Source of the DNA: Phoronis australis
Lineage: Eukaryota; Animalia; Phoronida
Reading direction: 5' to 3'
Length of the DNA stretch: 64,000 nucleotides
NCBI GenBank assembly: GCA_002633005.1
Contig: NMRA01000043.1
Span: 664,675-728,674, forward strand
Shown: positions 26,401 through 36,324 of the stretch, piece by piece
How the letters are laid out: each line of letters opens with the position of its first letter
Numbering within the stretch: position 1 is the first letter of the stretch
Made by a program: the position numbers and the translations under genes
Notes under the pieces: model-generated
What the model was told of the DNA's origin: nothing
The model's database searches: none
What the model saw: the letters and a program-made list of their open reading frames with translations, nothing else

Positions 26401-27846
26401 ATAACCACAAAGTACGCAAAGACCTGACACAAGTGAGAATAGGGGGAGAGGATGTGGAAAGAATACCTGGCCTTAAGTATCTGGGGATAACGTTTGACAC
26501 AACGCTGAGTTACAAAGAGCATGTGAACCACCTAATTAAGCGGTGCGCACATGGACTAGCTGCATTAAAGACCATGGCTACCTGTAGGGTAGAGCAACGC
26601 CAGCTATTGATTTTCTTCAAGGCTGTAGTATTGTCAGTCATTGATAACGGTTTGGGCATCATCCAGCATCCAAGACACACATGATGAAATTAGAGAGGAT
26701 ACACAACACCGGTATGCAAAATATCCTTGGATGTACTCAGGACACCCCAATAGCAGCAATGAGATATATTCTGGGGCTCTCGAGTGTTGAACAAAGGCAC
26801 AGATTAGCCCAGGTGAAAGCAATGTTCCGTGGCAAATCAAAGTTGCCAGCAACGGAGACCACAGTAGGAAGAGTGTGGGAGCTGGATTTGGTTCGTAGAA
26901 GAGAAGAGTATGTGAAGGTGTATGACAAAACAGCGAGCAGATTCACCAGGGTTGTCATTACTATGGGCCGAAAGTGTCGTGAGAGGGCGGCTTGTGCAGT
27001 AAACAGTGAAGTTCTCGAGCTGGTTTGTGAAAGTTGTAGTGTAGGCTTACACTGATGGATCGTTTAAAAGAGGAGAAAGATCTGGATGGGGCTATGTAGT
27101 CAATGTGGATGGCAAAATGGTTGCATAAAATGGTGAGGCATATGAGCTCACGACATCTAGTATGAAGATGGATGAGGTTGCTGTTGAAAAGGCACTTGCA
27201 TGGCTACAGGAAAGCACTCATACCTGCTCAGTTATTGTGACAGACTGTCAGAGGGATATCTCAAACCCGAGTGGCTGCTGCATTTACAAAACAGTGGACT
27301 GAGAAAGCTGACTTGGATATTCTCCCCTGGGCATGCCGCGGTCGCCGGAAATGAGAAAGCTGGCAAGTTAGCAGGAAATGCGCCGATACAGGGCGCCCTC
27401 AGATTGGGAGAGAGTGAGATTCTCGCCGGGAGCGCTTACAGAGGTGGAGCCACAGGAGAATGGAGGTGCAATTGACAGAATGCAACTGTTTGGACATAAG
27501 AGAGGCTGTGATGTTGATAGCCGGTTGCATGACCTGGAAGACGACTGTGTAATCAGCAGGTGGTCGGAGTGGTTAGTCAAAGGACCTTGTCTGACTTAGT
27601 TGATGACGTGGAAAGACGAGCATCTATGGGTCTGCCCCGAATGTGACGACGTTGGTTCTGCACCCAAGTAATACCCCAAGTAAATGTTTATGGAGCAATT
27701 TATTAACTACACTTAAGGAAACTTACCTTCTCATGCCCATGCGCAATGGCGATGGTGTCTCACTGCTTTGAAACCCTGGATTAATCTAAAGTGTGTCCTA
27801 CTTACCTCGAATTAGTGACTACGTCGTAAATAGGTGCATTAGACAT
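23473..27846 (-). CDS. Small single-pass (type III) membrane protein, 87 aa, 2 coding exons
   Basis: Exon 27846-27806 (MSNAPIYDVVTNS, donor AG|GTAAGT, phase 2) joins exon 23695-23473 (acceptor TTTCAG, phase 2): SDQSTTTKQEVVVNSDKTVPVVVGCVLLLVLAAILVIFFVCRQRRAKRLKRRKEAAKEPEMLKQLNTDLVDDEN*. The TM helix followed by a basic stop-transfer cluster is clear. The first exon is less certain than the last. Confidence 0.65.
24349..24577 (+). repeat. Minisatellite, ~45-bp unit x ~5
   Basis: Unit ttgacatg(a/c)tacgg(t/a)gtgtcattctatgtgccgaccatgg(t/c)ctca. Confidence 0.9.
26160..27682 (+). mobile_element. 5'-truncated non-LTR retrotransposon with RT and RNase H (I/Ingi/Nimb-like group), frameshifted
   Basis: RT motifs LTFADD and KYLGITFD; RNase H motifs AYTDGS and WIFSPGHAAVAGNEKAGKLA; short repeated 3' tail cccaagtaa x2. 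It lies antisense in the intron of the microprotein gene. Confidence 0.88.
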
Positions 27847-28817
27847 GCTTCGATTTCAGCAAACTTTGTTCACCTAAAAACGCAGAGAATGCCCGTATGT
27901 AGCGTGCTGTAATCTTCGCCGGGCTTGCAAGGCTAAGCCTAGGAACCCGGGAAACCGGGCGTGACGGCAGCCCCCGGCGGGTATAGTTCAAACGTTTGTA
28001 TAAATATAATTTTTGAAAGTCGTTGCGGTACATGGTACCTTGCATATAGTGTTCTGATTGTAAAGTGGATTTTGTACTTAAAACAGCTAGGGAACCAAAC
28101 TTGGACAAGTTGACCCTGGTAGGGGCCCGGATACACTATACTCTGCCACCTACTGCAGTCGTGAGTGTATCAACAGCTAGACGAGCACAATGCCTAAAGA
28201 ACATTTCTAACAGCACACAGGATCACTAAAATCTATTTTGTTGATTTTAGGAAATAAAACTGTTCGCCTAGTCACTGTTCTTGGTGGGTGGGGTTTCCAC
28301 GCAACTGACATTGGTGTAACTCGCATAAAACGGAGGTCACGCTTGACAGTTTTGCCAGTGGTTTCAATATTTCTCAAAATTTTTAAGGTTAAGGTAAAGG
28401 TTAGCTAACAGAGGAACTGTTTTGTTTTAGAGAGCGATATGAGAAAGTCCCGGTAATATAGGTTCAGTAATAGGCCAAAATCGCTTTAGAGTCATTTTAA
28501 GTAAACTTCAGGTGAGCGACTGACGAAGAACAGTTTGCGAACGCTGTACTAGGGTTAATTATTGCCAAGTCGAGGTAAGACTATGTGTTCAGCCAGAGCC
28601 CCGCCTGATTTTTGGGGGCCGTGATGAGGATAGATTCAACCTATCAGTCCGCCCTCTGCAGGTATTAAGAAATGCATTGCAGCAGCACAAGCTTTAGCTG
28701 TACGTGTTCTGGCCGTTTACTGAGATTCTCAAATGTTGCTTCGAAAGTAAATTGAAAAGGACGTAAGTTCTTGCGACTGAGTCAGATGTAAAGTCAACGT
28801 AGGAAGCGTTAATTGTA

Positions 28818-31800
28818 GGGAGACCAGGGCTAGTTCGACCCTTTTTTGAAAAAAGTACAATATTGCGGAAACTATTTAAGCTGGTTCATCCATAACCGCT
28901 GTGCAAGAAGTGCGGTCTGTCAAGTGCGGTATGGTGCAAATTTAAGCGATGTAAGTGCACCTGTCTTGCAGCAATTTTTGTTCTAAAATGTCCACCTTCG
29001 GGGGCCCAGCTTGCCCCAGGCCGGGGCAAGTTGGGCCCACCCACGGAGCAAGTTCGGCCTCCATTGCAGTACTCTTAAAATGAACAAAAACATATTTTTG
29101 CAAAATCTAATGTTGGTGTATACCTGTTTATTTGTCCCAAAGGACAGTAAATTACACAACAGCTAGGGCTTGAATGTCAACTGTCTGTTATAAATACTTC
29201 GCAATTATCATAATCTTTCACCCACTAAACTGATGATCGAATGCTACTTTTCTACTTAATGAGCTATTAAAAGCAAACAAAATGAGTTTAAACGTATTTG
29301 TGTTAGTCCTCATCTGAGTTACAGCTGTGGCACACAACGGAGGACGGCATCTCATCGTCAGCGCATTCCTTATGGGCCCACCCTTTGCACTCAACGCCTC
29401 AGGGGACCCATTTTTCTCTACTCCTGCTGTAAGAATATCATATGGTTCTAAACAAACTAGGCAAAACCACTCCTCAGTGTTCAGACTCGCTGTCTGAAGA
29501 TGGGGAGGACAACTTTCTCTTCTTTTTGTTTTGTTTTGGTTTTGTGTCAACAGAACGCTTTCTCGCAGGTTTCTTCTTTCGCTTGGCCTGTTCTTCTCCT
29601 AGGGCCTCTTTCTCTGGTGTCGGTGAGAATGGCGGATTTTCTCCGTTTCTGTTTCCACCTGTGGTTTTGCACGGTGGAGCTGTTGGGTGTCGTCTCACTG
29701 CCTTTGGCGAAAAGGACTCGTTTCCTTGAATATCGGCAATCACTGGCTACTGAACACTTGAATCTGATTCCAGGGATTGCTCAGGTTGGGCAGGTGATTC
29801 CGGGGTCTTAAAATTGCCCCATCGTAATGAGCCTTAACGCTTGAACCTCGTAACTTGAAGTGAGATGAACGGTGCTCTTTGTGTCGACACCAGATCGACC
29901 TGGTGGCAGTTTAACTTCATTTACCTTGCCAGCTACCCCAGTGACAACAACTTTCATTTTTAATGTAGTACACAGAGCATTGAGAAACATGTCGCATGCG
30001 CTGTTGTCGTATTGTCTGTCTTTTATATATCTTTCGACCGCTTGCGCTGCATCCGATTCATCACAAGCAAATTGCTGGTAGTAGCTTGGTGGTTTTTCAT
30101 CTCATCATCAGGAAGTTAAGCTATTTCGTCATTACTGTGGTGCCTTCGCCAGTTGCGTGCAGTGATGAACTCAGAGCGTAGAGCAAGCGATGGCCGTTTC
30201 CACGTGCTGGAATAACCGATGTACCGTGGTCATTCAAGTACCGATTAAATTCATCATCAACAGGCATAGTAGTTGATGTTGTTGGGGGACTGACAGGATC
30301 AGGAAAGGGTATATCACTGACTACTGATGGTAGAAAATCTTCGTCTCTAAAGATGTTGGGATTGTACGGATAGATCCCCGACTTTTGAAACCCGCTGGAA
30401 ATACTGTAAATGTTTAAAGTTTCCTTCCATGGTTTGCATATTATTGACGCCATGTCATGTATGGTTTTTAGTTTTCCTGGGTTGTTTCTCAAGATTGCTA
30501 CATAGATATTCGTTTTTTCAATGGTCCAAAAATAGAACTGTCGAGCGGTTGAAGTCGATGTGAGCAGTTGGGTGGGAAAGATAGCATGACAATCCCGTTC
30601 TTTTGCGACGTCCAAGGCGTTGATGGATAGATGTGAATCGTGGTTATCCATAAGAATGAGTGGGAGCATCTTTTGATGGTTGGACATTTTCAATGAAATG
30701 TAGAAGAAACATGGTTAACTGAAGTTGACAACTGTCATCCAGCCTGATAGATGAGCGGTTCCTTTTGACCCAACAGTGCTCCATTTATAAGGTATTCCTA
30801 ATAATGCACTCGAATATAAATCAAGAAGGGTGGGGTGGTCTCAGTCACTGCAAGCTGAAACTGCAGCACACAGAGTCACCAACTGTCCCCTCTCTGCCGA
30901 CTCCAGTGACCCCACCTGCTTCATATCAGTGCCCGCTACAACTTTTGGCGGTTTCACTACGGTAACAACCCCTGTTTCATCCATATTCCAATATCTGTAT
31001 CTGTCCAAAGCGCTTCCCAGTTTATTGGAAAATTGCGAAACGTTTTGTTTGTTAAATGCAGAGGCCCTTGCAATACTAGTTGCCTCGGGAGATTTCACCG
31101 ACAAACTAGGTTGACGCTTCAAAAAAGCCGAGAACCAGTCGACTTCCGCCATTTCTTTTTCACTCCAAGGATCTGGCATTTTAACAGCAAAGTTTTTCGG
31201 GCATTCATATGCCAATGAACGTACTTCTCTCAGGCTGAGGCCAAAATATATATTTTATCCATATTTTAGGTAGTGTTACTTCTTGATCATCTGTGAAATT
31301 TTGCCTTAGTTTTTTGTATCCAAATATCATTTTTGAAGTTGAGCGACAGTCTTAAGGCAGATTGCTAAATCTCTTGACGTAATTTTGAAGTGTCGTTCTG
31401 GGCACTCCGAACAAACGCGCCGTTGTTTTGTACCCATTTGCAGTAGCATTGTAATGTTCCATCGCTGCCCTCAGAGTATCTGATACTCTTTATTTAGTTT
31501 TTTCTCTTGTAATGGCGATCCATGGTTATTTAAAAAATTCTGAAAAAAACAAACAAATGATAATTAAAACTTGACATTTTATTTGTTCAAGACCAGACGA
31601 TACAGGCATATACCCCGTAAATGTAGATCACAAGCCAGACGGCTTACTTTTAACCTGTTCTGGCTTCGTATCAATCATAGAGTGAAACATTTTCACGTTT
31701 TTAGTGCCCACAGTAGTTATAATTATTTTCTGTTCACAAACCTACAAAATGACAATGCGCTACCAAAGAAACATATTTAAGATGAGTTTGTGCAATTTTA

Positions 31801-32293
31801 TTATGAAAACTACTCATTAAATTTCCTGAAAAAAAATTTATTGATGATATATCAATTAAAGTGAACGGGGCAAGTTCGGGGCCAGACTAGCCCCACGTCA
31901 AAGGGCCCAATTTGGCCCACTAGCTCTAAATGAAAAACACACGCGATTACCTCATCAATCACTGAGCATGTGAAGTAATACATGGCCTGTCTTGAAGAAC
32001 AAACTGTTGTTAAAACCCACGAACAAAACATGTTTACATCACTGATCACGGCTTATGGCCAGCACTGAATCGAGTGAAGCTCCAAAATTTACTCACCTGG
32101 GTAGTTAAAAACCAATCGTTGCCTCTCAGTTCAAGAAAAACACTCCACCTTCGACCAGCGTGGTTTTGGTGTAGTGGTACAAGCCTAGTCACGTGATTGC
32201 TCAAAATGACTGAGGCTGAAAGTGCGCGTATAATAGCCGAGTTTTGGGCGGTGGCCCATCTAGCCCCGGGGTCGAACTAGCCCCGGTCTCCCC
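28818..32293 (-). mobile_element. pogo/Tigger-type DNA transposon, full length, TA target site
   Basis: TIRs TA|GGGAGACCAGGGCTAGTTCGACCC (28818) and GGGTCGAACTAGCCCCGGTCTCCCC|TA (32293). Subterminal GGGGCAAGTT/GGCCC repeats at ~29000-29060 and ~31867-31920. Confidence 0.9.
29303..31523 (-). pseudogene. Disrupted transposase: psq-HTH, CENP-B HTH, DDE_1, OTU-like domain, PHD finger
   Basis: TARLFGVPRTTL (HTH), WFSAFLKRQPSLS, WNMDETGV, LMDNHDSH (DDE), IPARGNGH(R)L...AHYDG (OTU), WFCLVCLEPY...ECKGWAHKEC...VCHSC (PHD). Multiple frameshifts and stops. Confidence 0.85.
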
Positions 32294-32541
32294 TAATCTG
32301 ATGCTGTTCTGAAATCATAGGTGAACATACAGCATAAATTATAGGCTATCGACTATCTAAGTACAAATCAACCGGATAAACAATCAAAAATGTCGAAATC
32401 ACCAGCGACTGAGTCAAGAAAAAACAGAGAACTGTTAGTGGTTCAGTACTTCGGGGTGGCCCGGCTTAAATTGCAAATTCGAAATTGTGCATGTACGCAT
32501 TGCTTGTGTTGGTAACCGGTGGAACTGTGGAATCCTGAGTA

Positions 32542-32710
32542 CAGTAGCGCCGGGTTTAAGGGGGGGGGGGGGGCAAAGGGGCCATGCCCCCACAAATTCC
32601 CCCAGATTCCATTTGGCAATAAGGGGGTGCGAATGTTCTGACTGGTAAAATCCTGGCTAAGACTCTGCCCTGGCCGCCCTCCCTAACTCAAAATCCTGGA
32701 TCCTCCCCTG
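32542..32710 (+). mobile_element. CAGTGGCGG MITE, copy 3
   Basis: cagtagcg...cccagattccatttggca...ctaactcaaaatcctggatcctcccctg. Confidence 0.7.
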
Positions 32711-34639
32711 CTGCCAAAGGAAACAGATATTATGAAGTGGCCCGCTCCTTCCCATATACTTCTCCACGGCGAAACGGCGTTAACTGCTTTCCTTACTCGG
32801 AAACTCCACAACCGTCGAATCGGCTCACACGCCGCCGCCATATGACGTGGCACCCCTCAATCGTGAACTCAGACAGGGCGTGCGGTTATCTTGCCATTCC
32901 GATAACATATAGTTTAGTCATGTCTGGGTTTAGTCGACGTGACCAACAAACATGACCCAGTCTGGTTGGCGATTTAGCCGTGGGTCCGACAGGCATGGTG
33001 ATTCCATCAAACGCCACGATGTCTTAGTTTTTTCAGAAACTTGTTTTTGAGCCACATGAAATAACTAACCTGTGGAATGAGGAATTGTACAGCACCACGG
33101 AATCTCTTTGGACGACCGTGTCACACGACCCCCGCAGTTGCCATGGCTGGTTGCACTGAAATATTAGCTCAGGTGCCATCTGTTGAATTTATTTAGAAAC
33201 AATTTTGAAAACTTCTAAATAGTGCCGAAATCTTGACTACCAACATTCATTAACTCATCATTTTTAATAACATAATATTTTTTAATTGTTCGCTTGACCA
33301 TGATGATTTCATCATGATTTCATCTATGAGCACTTTGGACTATGTGCAAATAAACAAAAGACATTATATAAAAACTGGGAACACGCCGTGCTACCCTGTC
33401 AGGCCGGGTAATCACAAAAAATAAGAAACTAAATGCACATTTTTCTGAATGTATATTCGTATCAAGCTGTAACCCTAGCTGAGAAAAAAAGTCACTGCCT
33501 GGTATAGGAACATCGTGCGACATCTTCAGGTTATGTAGAACATTATTCAAAGAAGTCTGTGTATTTAGCTAAGTATCTTTTGACTTTAATGTAGTAAAGG
33601 CAAATATTTTCTGAATAAGGAGAGTCTGTAGAATTTAAAATTTTTACTACAGAGCAATCTCCCATTTATCGGATCGAGTGAACATGTTGTTTACACAAAA
33701 CGTATCAAACGAGAAACTAAGTTAGCAAAACAACGATTTCATGACCAAATTTCGTTCTACATAAATGTTCGAAACGCAATCTCTTGGAAAAGTGCAGCCG
33801 ACGGCACTGTTCTGTTTAGCACCTGATCTCTTTTAGATACAAGCTACAGGTGTAAGCCAGAGTTTAAATTTGAGTTAAAACTTTAATGTTGGTGATTTTG
33901 AGAGACCTTGAATTATACTCACTGGCCTAGTAAGAAAATCACAATGTATATACCACATACATTTTGATACGACCGTGCAACAACCGTGTCACGTGTCCGT
34001 GCAATAGCTGAAACTAAACGGTTCGTGTGTGATCACATGACCATAAAAGATAACCATCGTTAGGTGGCCAAACAGAACTACTTTCTTCGGCTGGAATTTT
34101 CAAGTTTCAACCAGATCATAGAACTCTAGCCCTGGAATGCCAACTCCGATCTCGCAGCCAATGTGGTTGCCGTGCCACACATGCGTGAGAATTGTTTGCA
34201 TTCGTTTGTTCCACAGTGCGTGTACTTGCTTTGGAATTTTCTGTCAGTAAAACTTTTCACAACTCTGTACTTTTTTTAACTGAATAGAACATTATTAATT
34301 ACGAAAATCAAGAGTGTTACCAAAATGTGAAAAATAACAGCGTGTCACATAGTGACATAAAAAGTAAATGAACCAGAGAGGTTTTACGAATGACTAGTTA
34401 AGTCATTAGGGAAATAATTTCAATGATTCAAAAGATTTCTACCCTATAACGACAAAGGTTTTAGAATACGGATCCGTCACACTTGCTGTGATAATTTAGT
34501 CAGGCATTCATCCAAAATTATACATCTTTATATATCGTAATTACTTGGACCTTTGGAGCCGTTGTATAAATTACATTATTCAGTAAAAACTCAGAATGCC
34601 CCGACATTTGCGAAAAATGCGATAAACTACAGGGGCCAT

Positions 34640-35000
34640 CAGCTAACAAACCAGTTGCAATCTTGCTGCAGAAGCTAGAGGAGATGACACGCGAGAAGTT
34701 AACGCAGGCCCCTGGAAGAAATAGTTTAGCTGGAGTCGTGAAAGGGCGGTTGATCCCTTAAAGCCACTTTGGCAAATGTAACAAACTTTCTTGTAATACA
34801 GTTCCACAGAGGTCTCGAGTATGCTATTATGAATAAACTGCAGGTCATCCTTGTCGGCATACCATCCGCCAATTGACGGGACCCGGTAGACCACCACCTG
34901 ATCATCAAACGACTCTTCACGAGGAATGTATAACCACCCCCAGGCAAAGTCCACCACCACTTGGAATGTGAATGATACTCTTTATTTGGTTCCAAAGATA
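34640..35000 (+). mobile_element. DIRS retrotransposon fragment (N-terminal part of the tyrosine recombinase)
   Basis: Across frameshifts: AEARGDDTR...WKK*FSW..ERAVDP..TLANVTNFL..QFHRGLEY...RSSLSAYHPPIDG.PVDHHLIIKRLF.GMYN.P....TWNV, the typical DIRS YR N-terminal pattern. Confidence 0.7.
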
Positions 35001-36324
35001 CCAATCAGACAGCAACAAACAGATAGGTTCAGAAATTAGAATTTATTTACATCCAGGCGATATTTACATTTATTTACCAATGCAATGATTTGGAAAACAA
35101 ACGTTCTGCTAACTGGACATTTTAGACTCAAATGTACGGCCACAACCATCAACACCTTGTGAACATGTGACATTTATAACACCATAACTTTAAAACAGAA
35201 AACATATTGGGCAGCAAGGATAGTGTAGTCTAGATACAACACTTTTAAGTAGTTTGAGAAACAAAATATTTCAAGTTCAATACAGAGGTAACCACCTTGT
35301 GCTCAGACAACATAGATGAACAGGCAATGTTTTACTCAAACTGTGCACGAACTAAACATTTCACACCTTGTTCACCCCTCGTTGTCATACTGCAATGCTA
35401 CTGACACTACCAAGCACAATGACATTAACACACCCACATGGCAACGAAGTAAATTTTACAAAAAGGTTCAACAATTTCTCATTTCATACTAAACAACAGC
35501 TAGACAATAATCTACAGCTACAGAGAAGAGGTGTGGGTCCCCAATTCATTATTACTGTTCTGCAGCCAGATATTCGTCAAGCTGAATGTGGTGCTACATT
35601 AACACAACATTCAGAGAACAGTGGGCCCCAGTGTTTCATCCATTATCAAAGAAGAAACGCCAAATGTGCCACACTTCACCATTCCCCCAAGTTGCTGACA
35701 TTCACGTTCTACTGAGCTGAATGTTGAAACAGAGATAAATAGTATACAAAGTCAACACAGGAAACGTGCACAAAAGCACATCACAAATCAGCACTTATCC
35801 TTCAAAAACTCAATCAACATTTGCACAAACTAGTAACCATTAAAAAGCTTAAAATCACACAATTTTCTTCTGACCAATATACAGGTTTTGGCTGCCTCAG
35901 CAACAAAACATCACAATAAAGTGCAGCTTAATCAGAAGTGAACTTTGTCGCTGATGAAAATTGCAACCCAAATTTCAAATAAATGTATTTTTGCCCAAGT
36001 TAACGGATTATGCACATCATATACACTGTAAACAATTCTCTCACAGTTACCAATGGAAATGAAATTTAAACTCTAAGTCAAGACATCTCACAAACCATTG
36101 TATTGTACTCACTGAAATCAATAAATACTTGTAATCAGATTGCACGTGCAACAGAGACATTTCAAGTATTCATTATGTGCATTTTTATTCAAATTTCTTC
36201 TGCTGTGCCATTCAGAATTAGATACAAAAATAAACGTGTGAAGAAAGAACGTCAATTTTACATGTCCTCCATCATGACTGCTAACGTCACGTGATTTTGA
36301 CTTCTCATGATGCCCAGTGGGTGC

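Noticed and set aside
34643-34960. 105-aa minus-strand ORF as a novel gene
   Set aside because: It is the antisense shadow of a decayed DIRS recombinase on the + strand.
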